Source: Leucoraja erinacea
Taxonomy: Eukaryota
NCBI RefSeq assembly: GCF_028641065.1
Contig: NC_073382.1
Span: forward strand, 16,678,001 to 16,742,000
Length of the DNA stretch: 64,000 bases
Reading direction: 5' to 3'
A program made the translations under genes and the position numbers. The notes under the pieces are model-generated. The model was given only the letters and a program-made list of their open reading frames with translations. It searched no databases and was not told where the DNA came from. The stretch's first letter is position 1. Each line of letters starts with the position of its first letter. Shown here piece by piece: positions 1 to 11,888 of the stretch.

Positions 1-49
1 TGCTGACCCACTGAGTTACTCCAGATTTTTGTGTATATCTTCAGATCAG

Positions 50-1165
50 ATAATACTGTACATAAATACAATCAAGTCAAACTCAAATACAATAGTATAC
101 AATAGACTTCCCTTGACCATCTTGGTGACTGGTGCAATGATCTGAGAGAGTTAAATAGGGGAAAATACCAAAGGGGAAAATACAGAGTGCAAAATATAGT
201 TCTCAGTATTGTAGCGGATCAGTTCCATAGGCAAATTCTAATGTCCACAACGGGGTAGAGATGAATAAGACTGTATGGAACTTCCCTGACTTATGGAAGG
301 ACCATTTATAAGCCTGACAACAGAGGGGAAGTAGCTGTGTACATGTACTTTCTGCCAGATGGGAGCTGATTGAAGAAGGAATCACTTGGACGGGACACGT
401 CTTTGATTATGCTGGCTGCTTTTCTGACAGTGTGAAGTGTACATAGGGTCAATGCTGGAAAGTCTGTCTCTGAGATGGACTGGGCTACATCTACTACTCC
501 CTGCAATTTCTTGTGATCTTGGGCCGAATTGTTTCCAAATCGAACTGTGATGCAACTCAACAGTATGCTTACTATGGTGCTTCTGTAGAAGTTTGTAAGA
601 GTCATTGGAGATATGTCCAATTTCCTCAGTCTCCTCAGGATGTAGAGGCATGGTGTACCTTCTTGGCTGCCACTTCAATGTGTTATTCATGACAAATTGT
701 TGGTAATATTAATGTCAAAGCACTTGAAGCTCTCAAACATTTCCACTTCTGCTCCATTGATGCTGATTGGGGCATGTACTCCACCAATGGTTCCTGAAGT
801 TGATAACTCGCTCCAACATCTTGTTGACATTGAAGGAGAGGTTTTTGTCTTGACACCATGTTACTAAGTTCTCTTTCTCTTTTCAGAACTCCAACTCATT
901 ATTGTTTGTGATCTCGCCGAGCACAGCGGTGTCATCGACAGACGGAGTTAGAACTGAATTTGGCTGCACAATCTTGAGTGTATAGGGAATGTAGTAGGGA
1001 ATGAGAATGCATCCTTGCCGGCCAATGGAGTTGAGAATTATTGTGAAGGGAATGTTAACTCCTTTAGTCACTGATTATGATCTGTGGGTCAGAAAATCGA
1101 GGATCCAGTGGCAGTGGAGGGCGTTGATTCCTACATCCAGCAGTTTGGCAATGTGATGAGGATGA
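50..1165 (-). mobile_element. Decayed Rex1/Babar-clade LINE, 3' part (RT and C-terminal domain)
   Basis: ORF fragments 883-1071 (QGCIL...VDDTAVLGEITNNNE, RT QG and ADD motifs) and 306-620 (LTNFYRSTIVSILLSCIT...SIIKD...QLPSGRKY) match the Rex1-type ORF C-terminus; frameshifted. Confidence 0.75.
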
Positions 1166-1629
1166 TGTAACTGCAGATGCTGGTTTAAACCAAAGATAGA
1201 CACAAAATGCTGGAGTAACTTCAAAGGGTCTTGACCGAAACATCACCCATTCCTTCTCTCCAGAGATGCTACCTGTCCTGCTGAGTTACTCAAGCATTTT
1301 GTGCCTAGTTTGGAGATGGGTTTGGGTGGGAACATGGAGTTGAAGAAGGACTTTTAGTTGATAAATAGGAGTCGCCTGTTCTTCATTATTGGTGGCTCTG
1401 TGATCATCCCGGAATACTAATGACAGCTCAGTAACCCTGTTATTAGTCTTTGTGGGAAAGACTCCACATTTCATTGCTGTCACAGATTGTGTGGAACCAG
1501 GTGCCTAAATATGCAACAACTTGCAGGTTCATTCAGAGGTGTGTGGATTGGCAGCTCTTTATCTGTCAGGTCAGTGAGTTGGATACAGGCAACACTTCCA
1601 TAAACAGCAAAGCGAACAAAATCGACTTA

Positions 1630-1883
1630 AGGGCCTGTCCCACTTTCACGACCTAATTCACGACCTCTGCCGATTTGCCCTTGACATACTCGCAGCATGG
1701 TCGTCACGAGGTCGTAGGAGGTCGTAGGAGGTCGATGGAGGTCGTAGGTAGGTCATAGCAGGCCGTGAAGCTAGTCGTAGGTACTTGTGGCATCAAGTAG
1801 GTCGGGGCGTTTTTCTAGCATGATGAAAAATGTCCACGAGTAAAAAAGGTCGTGAATTAGGTTGTGAAAGTGGGACAGGCCCT
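1630..1883. mobile_element. Non-autonomous DNA transposon (MITE), PIF/Harbinger-like
   Basis: About 36-bp TIRs AGGGCCTGTCCCACTTTCACGACCTAATTCACGACC / GGTCGTGAATTAGGTTGTGAAAGTGGGACAGGCCCT; TTA on both sides (1627-1629, 1884-1886); internal GGTCGTAGGA repeats. Confidence 0.85.
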
Positions 1884-1914
1884 TTACCCAACAGAGTCCA
1901 TTTTGCAAGTGTAT

Positions 1915-2340
1915 TACAATTCCCCAACTCTTGGAAAAGACTCTGTGCATTTACCCAATCAATCACTCTCTTGATTGTGTATACCTCTATAAGATCACCC
2001 CTCATCTTCCTGTGCTCCAGGGAATAAAGTCCCTGCTCAACCTGCTGAACCTCTCCCTATAGCTCAGGCCCTTGAGTCCTGGCAACATCCTGGTAAATCT
2101 TCTTTGCACTCTTTCCAGTTTGACAACATGTTTCCTATAATATGGTGACCAAAACTGAACAGTCTGAAGAAGGGTCTCGACCCGAAACGTTGCCAATTCC
2201 TTCTCTCCATAGATGCTGCCTCACCCGCTGAGTTACTCCAGCATTTTGTGTCTACCTGCGATTTACCAGCATCTGCAGTTCTTTCTTAAACAATGCTCTA
2301 AATGCGATTTCACCAATGTTTTCTACAACAGTAAAATGAC
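1915..2340 (-). mobile_element. Old CR1 LINE 3' fragment, interrupted by a short Penelope-derived repeat (2161-2291)
   Basis: Translations VQFWSPYYRKHVVKLERVQRRFTRMLPGL and MRGDLIEVY. Confidence 0.75.
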
Positions 2341-2649
2341 CTCAATAATCCATACTCTTATTGCATGACTTTACATCACTCTGCAATGTTTCTCCTTAAT
2401 CTCCAAACGATTAAGAGAACTTCCAGATAACTAACTGGATGGCTGTTGTACATAACTTTCACTGAGATTGGTCAACAAGCAATTTGTTTATATAATTTGT
2501 ATTGTTTTCGACAACCTAACAGAAGTGATAATTCCTAGATTGAGTGACACAGCAGGTATTCCTTCCTTAAGCTTGCAATGTAGCACTACAGTATGTTCAT
2601 TTAATAAGAATTAAACCTGCTGCTTTTCTTACAACTCAAGGAGGGGAAG

Positions 2650-3250
2650 TTTATTTTGTTTGGAGATACAGCGCGGAAACATAGAAACATAGAAACATAG
2701 AAATTAGGTGCAGGAGTAGGCCATTCGGCCCTTCGAGCCTGCACCGCCATTCAATATGATCATGGCTGATCATCCAACTCAGTATCCCGTACCTGCCTTC
2801 TCTCCATACCTTCTGATCCCCTTAGCCACAAGGGCCACATCTAACTCCCTCTTAAATATAGCCAATGAACTGGCCTCGACTACCCTCTGTGGCAGAGATT
2901 TCCAGAGATTCACCACTCTCTGTGTGAAAAAAGTTCTTCTCATCTCAGTTTTAAAGGATTTCCCCCTTATCCTTAAGCTGTGACCCCTTGTCCTTCGGTC
3001 CACCTGGTCCGCGCCGACCAGCGATCCCCGCACATTAACACTATCCTACACACACAAGGGACATTTTTTTACATTTACCAAGCCTATTAACCTATACATC
3101 TTTGGAGTGTGGGAGGAAAAAAAAGATCTCGGCGAAAACCCACGCAGGTCACGGGGAGAATGTACAAACAGACGGCACCCGTAGTCGTGATCGAACCCGG
3201 GTCTCTGGCGCTTCAAGCGCTGTAAGGCAGCAACTCTACCGCTGCGCCAC
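2650..3250 (-). mobile_element. HE1-type tRNA-derived V-SINE carrying a CR1 (HER1-like) 3' end inserted at about 2676-2991
   Basis: Minus-strand head GTGGCGCAGCGGTAGAGTTGCTGCC with B box GGTTCGATC, then the V-domain TTCTCCCCGTGACCTGCGTGGGTTTT; the insert ends in a (TTTCTATG)n tail. Confidence 0.8.
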
Positions 3251-3467
3251 TGAAAGGCATTGGGGTACAGGATCAGTCAGATACTATTAAATGGCAGAGC
3301 AGGCTCAATGGGCTACTCCTGGTTACATTTTAAATATTTTGAAAGTATTAATTTTCCATGATATTGGCATAACAGTGTCAAGTTCGGTAAAGGGGAAGTA
3401 CAAAGGGATCTGGGGGTCCTTGTTCATCACTCACTGAAAGTAAGCATGCAGTGCTTACAGCAGGCAG

Positions 3468-3645
3468 GTTCATAATGGTATCATTTAAAAATAAATTGGA
3501 TAGGCATGTGGATGAGTAGGGAATGGAGGGTTATGGTACGAGTGCAGGCAGGTGGGACTAAGGGGAAAAAAAATTTGTTCGGCATGGACTTGTAGGGCCG
3601 AGATGGCCTGTTTCCGTGCTGTAATTGTTATATGGTTATATGGTT
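3468..3645 (+). mobile_element. 5'-truncated CR1 3' end flanked by a 99-bp direct duplication
   Basis: Nearly identical to the 3' end of the CR1 at 8616-11895, with a (TTATATGG)n tail; 3369-3467 is repeated at 3646-3744. Confidence 0.85.
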
Positions 3646-4640
3646 ATAACAGTGTCAAGTTCGGTAAAGGGGAAGTACAAAGGGATCTGGGGGTCCTTGT
3701 TCATCACTCACTGAAAGTAAGCATGCAGTGCTTACAGCAGGCAGTGAAGAAAGCTAATAGCATGTTGGCCCTCATAACAAGAGGAGTTGAATGTAGGAGC
3801 AAAGAGGTCCTTCTGCAGTTGTACAGGGCCCTAGTAAGACGACACCTGGAGTATTGTGTGCAGTGGGAGTCAGTTTCCCCTATGACAGAAGGGGGAGTTG
3901 TTGGGCACCTTGATAGCCACAGGGAAAAGGGATCTTCTGGGGACAGAACCAATCTGTTGCTGAAGGTGCTGCTCAGATTGACCAGTGTGTCATGGAGGAG
4001 GTGAGCTGTATTTTTCAAGATGCTCAGCAGTTTGAGGAGCATCTTCCCCTCCGAGACCACCTCCAATGAAACTAACTCCACCCCCAGGACAGAGTCAGCC
4101 TTCCTGATGAGTTGTTAATTCCTCTATGGTCTCCTAATCTGAGGAAAGCCATTCTTGCCATAGAGGGAGTACAGAGAAGGTTCACCAGGCTGATTCCTGG
4201 GATGGCAGGACTTTCATATGAAGAAAGACTGGATAGACTCGGCTTGTACTCGTTAGAATTTAGAAGATTGAGGGGGGATCTTATAGAAACTTACAAAATT
4301 CTTTAGGGGTTGGACAGGCTAGATGCAGGAAGATTATTACCGATGTTGGGGAAGTCCAGAACATGGGGTCACAGTTTAAGGATAAGGGATGAGAGAATCA
4401 TTTTTTACACAGAGAGTGGTGAATCTGTGGAATTCTCTGCCACAGAAGGTAGTTGAGGCCAGTTCATTGGCTATATTTAAGAGGTAGTTAGATGTGGCCC
4501 CTGTGGCTAAAGGGATCAGGGGGTATGGAGAGAAGACAGGTACGGGATACTGAGTTGGATGATCAGCCATGATCGTATTGAATGGCGGTGCAGGCTCGAA
4601 GGGCCGAATGGCCTACTCCTGCACCTATTTTCTATGTTTC
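3646..4640 (+). mobile_element. CR1/HER1-like LINE 3' region, interrupted by an opposite-strand LINE fragment (about 3868-4115)
   Basis: QRDLGVLVH...LYRALVRRHLEYCVQ and [25 protein letters not shown]; TTTCTATG tail. Confidence 0.8.
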
Positions 4641-5664
4641 TAATTCTGTTGGTGTCTGCGGCCTTCACCCTATTACCTCAGCACATGACCAGCTAAGAAG
4701 ATGGCGCTGTCCACCACTGATTGATAGAACGTCTGCAGCATTTTACTGCAGGCTTTGTAAGAAGGGAGCCTCCTCAGAAAGGGGCTCTGTCCCTTCTTAT
4801 ATATTGCCTCAGCGTTCCTGGACCAGTCCAGTTTACTGTTCAGGTAAATTCCAAGGTATTTGTGTGTCGTGTGAGTCTATGTGCCTGTGATGCTACTGCA
4901 AGACAGGTTTTCATTGTACTTCTATCTCACCCTACGTGCACATGTCAATAAACCCGACTTGAAGTTGAATTTAAACTTCAGGCAGGAATTTTAGTGTTTA
5001 ATGTCGGGGCTATTGGAGGCACCCCCATCAATGGGGGGTATTTTAAAAAAATGGAAATGGAATTGGAAGTGCCTGAGTGTTTCAGTAGATTACAGGATTG
5101 GAGGAGATAATTCACCATTTGCTCAGAGCGAATCATTAATTTCAGTCGCGGCTGTTTTTTTAATGAACTACATTGCTTGCTAACTTGTTCCAGACTGATG
5201 ATTTTGCACTTTTGGAGATGCTCCTTTAGTTCTAAGCCTTAATTAGATAATTACATATTCGATGTGTCTACTCTAGATTGGAACAGAAGTCGCAACACAA
5301 AATACTGACGCTGTTATCTTCTGTTTATCGTTTACCCATGTTAAACATTTCTGCTTCACTGTTGTAGCTTGAACTCCTGTGATGATGAATAAGATTTCAG
5401 AATTTCATTTGTTTTTATTGCAGTAATAAATTACACATGGCACAAGGGCCACAATACTGAAAGTTTTAAGTTCAAACAGTATTTGCAATTCTGCCTTCTA
5501 ACATGGTTTTGTAATGGCCTTTAGTTACTTATTATCAAATATCCCATCGTGAACCTCGGTGAACCAGTTCTCCAAAGACCAGGGTTGTTGTGTACAGCAG
5601 CGTTATTAAGGACACTGGTTTATAGCCTGATAGGCATGCTCCAGATTGGGTCCAAGGTCTCTCA

Positions 5665-6195
5665 ATATGAGAGTGACAGAACGAGTGAGTGACGGACTGA
5701 ATGGAGGAGCGAGGGGAAGCGGGAGTGAAGGAATGAGTGAGAGAATGATGGGAAGAAAAAGTGATTGAAGATTTGGAATGAGGCAGGCAAGGAGTGAGAA
5801 AGGTGAAGGAAAGAGAGAGAGTGAGGGAAGAAGTGCCAAAGGGAAGAAGAGAATGAGAGAATGGTGTACGAGGGAGTGACCGAGGAAGTGAGGGAAAGTG
5901 TGAATGAAGTGTGAAGGAAAAAGGTGAGTGAAAGAAGCAAAGAAGGATGGAGGGATGGAGAGAGTGGGTGAGCGAGTCAGTGGTTGTTGGCATTGTCAGA
6001 GGATAAATGCGAGGATGGAGGGAAAAAAGGAAGAAAAGAATGAAGCAAAATACACACAAATAAAGGAAAATGGGAGAGAGGGAAGAGTAGGAAAGGAGGC
6101 AATAAAATGAAATGAGGAATGGAGGAATGGAGAAGATAAAGAAAGACAGAAAAAAGAAGGAGAATGGGAGAGAAGGAAAGGGAGGGAAATGGATA
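5665..6195 (+). repeat. Polypurine (GA-rich) low-complexity tract
   Basis: About 500 bp of mostly G/A on the plus strand. Confidence 0.85.
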
Positions 6196-6285
6196 GTTTT
6201 GTGTTTTCATCACATCTTTCATCACTCCAGGAAATCATTTTCATTAAATTCCTCAGAGTCCGTGAAGTGCTGTTAGAATGAAATT

Positions 6286-7260
6286 GGTGTTGTAATTGTG
6301 GAATGAGGTTTGTATTGTAATGTGGAGTGGAGTCAGTGTTGTAATGTGGAGTGGAGTCAGTGTTGTAATGTGGACTGTAATCAGTGTTGTAATGTGGACT
6401 AGAGTCAGTGTTGTAATGTGGAATGGAGTCAGTGTTGTAATGTGGACTGGAGTCAGTGTTGTAATGTGGAGTGGAGTCAGTGTTGTAATGTGGACTGTAA
6501 TCAGTGTTGTAATGTGGACTAGAGTCAGTGTTGTAATGTAGACTGGAATCATTGTTGTAATGTGGACTAGAGTCAGTGTTGTAATGTGACTAGAGTCAGT
6601 GTTGTAGTGTGGAATGGAATCAGTGTTGTAATGTGGACTGGAGTCAGTGTTGTAATGTGGACTGGAGTCAGTGTTGTAATGTGGACTGGAGTCAGTGTTG
6701 TAATGTGGACTGGAGTCAGTGTTGTAATGTGGAGTGGAGTCAGTGTTGTAATGTGGAATGGAGTCAGTGTTGTAATGTGGAGTGGAGTCAGTGTTGTAAT
6801 GTGGACTGGAGTCAGTATTGTAATGTGGACTGGAGTCAGTGTTGTAATGTAAACTGGAATCAGTGTTGTAATGTGGACTAGAGTCAATGTTGTAATGTGG
6901 ACTAGAGTCAGTGTTGTAATGTAGACTGGAATCAGTGTTGTAATGTGGACTAGAGTCAATGTTGTAATGTGGACTAGAGTCAGTGTTGTAATGTGGACTG
7001 GAATCAGTGTTGTAATGTAGATTGGAGTCAGTGTTGTAATGCGGACTGGAGTCAGTGTTGTAATGTGGACTAGAGTCAGTGTTGTAATGTGGAGTGGAGT
7101 CAGTGTTGTAATGTGGACTGGAGTCAGTGTTGTAATGTGGAGTGGAGTCAGTGTTGTAATGTGGAGTGGAGTCAGTGTTGTAATGTGGAGTGGAGTCAGT
7201 GTTGTAATGTAGACTGGAATCAGTGTTGTAATACGGACTGGAGTCAGTGTTGTAATGTAG
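6286..7260. repeat. 24-bp minisatellite, about 40 copies (CAGTGTTGTAATGTGGACTGGAGT), with degenerate copies to about 7620
   Basis: Head-to-tail tandem array; it produces the HYNTDSSP-repeat ORF 6253-7290. Confidence 0.95.
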
Positions 7261-7832
7261 TGCTACGATTTTCGCCACCTTACTCGCCATTCTCCTGTGC
7301 TACAAGTGCACCATTTCCTTCCATTCGCGGATTACTTCAAAAGTTATGTAGGTTTAAATATCGTAAGTGTTGTAATGCGGAATGGGGGTCAGTAATGCGT
7401 AGTGGAATCAACATTATAACAACGAAAATACAGCAGATCATTTAAGCATGGTCAAGTTCATATGGTCAATGTTGTAACGTGGAGCGAGCTCAAGGTTGTA
7501 ATGCGGAATGTGGTCAGTTGTAATGTGCAGTGAGCTGAGTGTTGTAATGTGGAGCGAGCTCAGTGTTGTAATGCGGAATGAGAGTCGGTGTAATAATGTG
7601 GAGTGGAGTCCATCTTGTAACATAGAAAACACAGCAGCCCATTTAAGCATGGTCAATTTTATACATATAATAGTCCTTTCACAACTTCAGGATATCCTAA
7701 AGCATTTCCCAGACATAAAATAACCATTGCGGCTGGTCCCGTTGGTGTCGGTGGTCTCGGTATGCCAGGAATTCTTACAAAGACTACTATTCACTCAGCC
7801 TCCTCTCAAGATTTTTCTCAAAAATCTTATTC

Positions 7833-7988
7833 NNNNNNNNNNNNNNNNNNNNNNNNNNNNNNNNNNNNNNNNNNNNNNNNNNNNNNNNNNNNNNNNNNNN
7901 NNNNNNNNNNNNNNNNNNNNNNNNNNNNNNNNNNNNNNNNNNNNNNNNNNNNNNNNNNNNNNNNNNNNNNNNNNNNNNNNNNNNNNNN
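7833..7988. other. Assembly gap (N run)
   Basis: 156 N. Confidence 1.
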
Positions 7989-8705
7989 CTTGTCCTCTTC
8001 CGGCCAGCGTTGTTTTTAAATTTGTGCAAAAACAGTACGCGATAGCTCTACGATTTTTCCCGCCTTACTCACCATTCCCCTGTGCTACCAGTGCACAGTT
8101 TCCTTCCATTCGCGGAATATTTCAAAAGTTATGAAGGTTTAAACATCGTAAAAAATGCTCCTTCCGGCACCCGCTGTCAATCACCAGCGGTGAGGAGAAT
8201 AAAGCTGAAGGAGCTGAGTGACCAGAGTGTGGAGAGCGAGTTGGGGGCTGCGTTGGCCATGACGACGAGCCAGTGAGTGCGGCCGGGAGGCGAGGAGTGA
8301 GTGTGGCCAGGATCTGGTGACTGAGTCTGGCCGGGAGCCAGTGAGTGCAGCCGGGGCTGGGGCCGGGAGCCGCTGAGTGACGCCGTATCCCACCACCCAC
8401 ACACACCACTACCCCCCCCCTCCCCCACACACCCACTCCCACACACACCCCTCCCCTCGTGCACACACACCCCCTCCCCCTCCCACACACACCCTTCCTC
8501 TCCCATACACACCATCCCCTCCCCTCCCCCCCCCCCCACCTTTTCTGTTAATATTGACCAAATTAAAGGCCTGTAACACTTGGGCGTCACACGTGCATCG
8601 TGACGCGTAAATGATAACCATATAACAATAACCATATAACAATTACAGCACGGAAACAGGCCATCTCGGCCCTACAAGTCCGTGCCGAACAAATTTTTTT
8701 TCCCC

Positions 8706-11471
8706 TTAGTCCCACCTGCCTGCACTCATACCATAACCCTCCATTCCCTTCTCATCCATATGCCTATCCAATTTATTTTTAAATGATACCAATGAACCTG
8801 CCTCCACCACTTCCACTGGAAGCTCATTCCACACCGCTACCACTCTCTGAGTAAAGAAGTTCCCCCTCATATTACCCCTAAACTTCTGTCCCTTAATTCT
8901 GAAGTCATGTCCTCTTGTTTGAATCTTCCCTATTCTCAAAGGGAAAAGCTTGTCCACATCAACTCTGTCTATCCCTCTCATCATTTTAAAGACCTCTATC
9001 AGGTCCCCCCTTAACCTTCTGCGCTCCAGAGAATAAAGACCTAACTTATTCAACCTATCTCTGTAACTTAGTTGTTGAAACCCAGGCAACATTCTAGTAA
9101 ATCTCCTCTGTACTCTCTCTATTTTGTTGACATCCTTCCTATAATTGGGCGACCAAAATTGTACACCATACTCCAGATTTGGTCTCACCAATGCCTTGTA
9201 CAATTTTAACATTACATCCCAGCTTCTATACTCAATGCTCTGATTTATAAAGGCTAGCATACCAAAAGCTTTCTTTACCACCCTATCTATATGAGATTCC
9301 ACCTTCAAGGAACTATGCACGGTTATACCCAGATCCCTCTGTTCAACTGTATTCTTCAATTCCCTACCATTTACCATGTACGTCCTATTTTGATTTGTCC
9401 TGCCAAGGTGTAGCACCTCACATTTATCAGCATTAAACTCCATCTGCCATCTTTCAGCCCATTTTTCCAAATGGCCTAAATCACTCTGTAGACTTTGGAA
9501 ATCCTCTTCATTATCCACAACACCCCCTATCTTGGTATCATCTGCATACTTACTAATCCAATTTACCACACCTTCATCCAGATCATTGATGTACATGACA
9601 AACAACAAAGGACCCAACACAGATCCCTGAGGCACCCCACTAGTCACCTGCCTCCCACCCGATAAACAGCCATCCACCATTACCCTCTGGCTTCTCCCAT
9701 TCAGCCACTGTTGAATCCATCTTGCTATTCCTGCATTTATACCCAACAGTTGAACCTTCTTAACCAACCTTCCATGAGGAACCTTGTCAAAGGCCTTACT
9801 AAAGTCCATATAGACAACATCCACTGCTTTACCCTCGTCAATTTCCCTAGTAACCTCTTCAAAAAATTCAAGAAGATTAGTTAAACATGACCTTCCAGGC
9901 ACAAATCCATGTTGACTGTTCCTAATCAGACCCTGTTTATCTAGATGCTTATATATATTATCTCTAAGTATCTTTTCCATTAATTTGCCCACCACTGAAG
10001 TCAAACTAACAGGTCTATAATTGCTAGGTTTACTCTTAGAACCCTTTTTAAACAATGGAACAACATGCGCAGTACGCCAATCCTCGGGGACTATTCCCGT
10101 TTCTAATGACATTTGAAATATTTCTGTCATAGCCCCGGCTATTTCTACACTAACTTCCCTCAATGTCCTAGGGAATATCCTGTCAGGACCTGGAGACTTA
10201 TCCACTTTTATATTTTTCAAAAGTGTCAGTACTTCTTTTACTTTGAACCTCATAGTATCCATAGCTACTCTACTAGTTTCCCTTACCTCACATAATTCAA
10301 TATCCTTCTCCTTGGTGAATACCGAAGAAAACAAATTGTTCAATATCTCCCCCATCTCTTTTGGCTCTGCAGATAGCTGTCCACTCTGTCTCTCCATTGG
10401 ACCAATTTTATCCCTCGTTATCCTTTTGCTATTAATATAGCTGTAGAAACCCTTTGGATTTACTTTCACCTCACTTGCCAAAGCAACCTCATATCTTCTT
10501 TTAGCTTTTCTAATTTCTTTCTTAAGATTCTTTTTACATTCCTTATACTCCTCAAGCACCTCATTTACTTCATGCTGCCTATCATTATTGTAGATCTCCC
10601 TCTTTTTCCGAACAAGATGTCCAATTTCCCTTGAAAACCAGGGTTCTTTCCAATTTTTACTGTTTCCTTTCAACCGAACAGGAACATAAAGATTCTGTAC
10701 TCTTAAAATTTCCCCTTTAAATGTCCTCCATTTCTCTTCTACATCTTTCCCATAAAACAAAATGTCCCAGTTCACTCCTTTTAAATCTTCTCGCATCGCA
10801 TCAAAGTTAGCCTTTCTCCAATCAAAAATCTCATCCCTAGGTCCAGTTCTGACCCTCTCCATAATTATATTGAAACTAATGGAATTGTGATCACTGGACC
10901 CGAAGTGCTCCCCAACGCATACCTCTGCCACCTGTCCCGTCTCATTTCCTAACAGGAGGTCCAGCACTGCCCCTCCTCTAGTAGGTACCTCTATGTATTG
11001 CTGCAAAAAACTATCCTGCACACATTTTACAAACTCCAACCCATCCAGCCCATTTACAGAATGTGTTTCCCAGTCTATGTGTGGAAAGTTGAAATCTCCC
11101 ACAATCACTACCTTGTGCTTACTACTAATATCTGCTATCTCCTTACATATTTGCTCTTCCAATTCTCGTTCCCCGTTTGGCGGTCTATAATACACCCCTA
11201 TAAGTGTTGCTACACCTTTCCCACTTCTCAATTCCACCCAAATAGCCTCCGTAGACGAGCCCTCCAATCTATCCTGCCAAAGCACTGCTGTAATATCTTC
11301 CCTGACTAGCAATGCAACACCTCCACCTCTTGCCCCTCCAATTCTATCACACCCGAAGCAACGAAATCCTGGAATATTTAGTTTCCAATCACAGCCCTCC
11401 TGCAACCACATTTCACTGATCGCCACAACATCATACTTCCTGGTGTCTATCCAGACTCTAAGCTCATCCAC
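8706..11471 (-). CDS. CR1 ORF2 polyprotein (AP endonuclease + reverse transcriptase), uninterrupted 921 codons; the frame stays open upstream to a TAA at 11553-11555
   Basis: APE motifs (GGGVALLV, GVYYRPP, VGDFN, LDLLL, SDH); RT motifs (NYRPVSLTS, DFSKAFDKV, GVPQGSVLGPLLF, KYADD); CR1 C-terminus (RGDLIEVFK, TRGH). The annotated start is GTG, not ATG. Confidence 0.95.
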   Translation of the reverse strand: MDELRVWIDTRKYDVVAISEMWLQEGCDWKLNIPGFRCFGCDRIGGARGGGVALLVREDITAVLWQDRLEGSSTEAIWVELRSGKGVATLIGVYYRPPNGERELEEQICKEIADISSKHKVVIVGDFNFPHIDWETHSVNGLDGLEFVKCVQDSFLQQYIEVPTRGGAVLDLLLGNETGQVAEVCVGEHFGSSDHNSISFNIIMERVRTGPRDEIFDWRKANFDAMREDLKGVNWDILFYGKDVEEKWRTFKGEILRVQNLYVPVRLKGNSKNWKEPWFSREIGHLVRKKREIYNNDRQHEVNEVLEEYKECKKNLKKEIRKAKRRYEVALASEVKVNPKGFYSYINSKRITRDKIGPMERQSGQLSAEPKEMGEILNNLFSSVFTKEKDIELCEVRETSRVAMDTMRFKVKEVLTLLKNIKVDKSPGPDRIFPRTLREVSVEIAGAMTEIFQMSLETGIVPEDWRTAHVVPLFKKGSKSKPSNYRPVSLTSVVGKLMEKILRDNIYKHLDKQGLIRNSQHGFVPGRSCLTNLLEFFEEVTREIDEGKAVDVVYMDFSKAFDKVPHGRLVKKVQLLGINAGIARWIQQWLNGRSQRVMVDGCLSGGRQVTSGVPQGSVLGPLLFVMYINDLDEGVVNWISKYADDTKIGGVVDNEEDFQSLQSDLGHLEKWAERWQMEFNADKCEVLHLGRTNQNRTYMVNGRELKNTVEQRDLGITVHSSLKVESHIDRVVKKAFGMLAFINQSIEYRSWDVMLKLYKALVRPNLEYGVQFWSPNYRKDVNKIERVQRRFTRMLPGFQQLSYRDRLNKLGLYSLERRRLRGDLIEVFKMMRGIDRVDVDKLFPLRIGKIQTRGHDFRIKGQKFRGNMRGNFFTQRVVAVWNELPVEVVEAGSLVSFKNKLDRHMDEKGMEGYGMSAGRWD

Positions 11472-11650
11472 CTTTCTTACAATGCTCCTAGCATTAAAAT
11501 ATGCACATTTAAGAAAATCCCCGTCTCTTATTCTCTGTTTATTTCCTTTTTTTTATTTCTCCTCTAGTGTCCGAGCGCTTCCCATTTCTGCTTCCTGCCT
11601 CCCATTCTGTCTACTACCTTTCGCTATTTGAGTCCCTCGCCCCAACCATT

Positions 11651-11888
11651 CTAGTTTAAAGTCTCCCCAGCTGCCTTTGGAAATTTCCCCACTAGGATAT
11701 TGGTCCCCCTCGGGTTCAAGTGCAACCCATCCTTTCTGTACAGGTCCCACCTTCCCCAAAAGAAGTCCCAATGATCCAGGAACTTGAATCCCTGCCCTCT
11801 GCATCAGTCTTTCAGCCACACATTTATCCTCCACTTCGCTCCATTCCTACTCTCACTGTCGCGTGGCACAGGCTGTAATCCTGAGATT
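11651..11888 (-). pseudogene. CR1 ORF1 C-terminal remnant (SGNH esterase-like domain)
   Basis: My translation: LLPVPRDSESRN...WLKD*CRGQGFKFLDHWDFFWGRWDLYRKDGLHLNPRGTNILVGKFPKAAGETLN*; DGLH motif, one internal stop. Confidence 0.8.

Noticed and set aside
5535-6244. Ser/Leu/Phe/Pro-rich ORFs
   Set aside because: They are translations of a polypurine low-complexity tract.
6253-7290. 345-aa ORF as a repeat protein gene, or the array as CRISPR
   Set aside because: It is a pure 24-bp tandem repeat without unique spacers; the open frame follows from a unit length divisible by 3. No cas genes, eukaryotic context.
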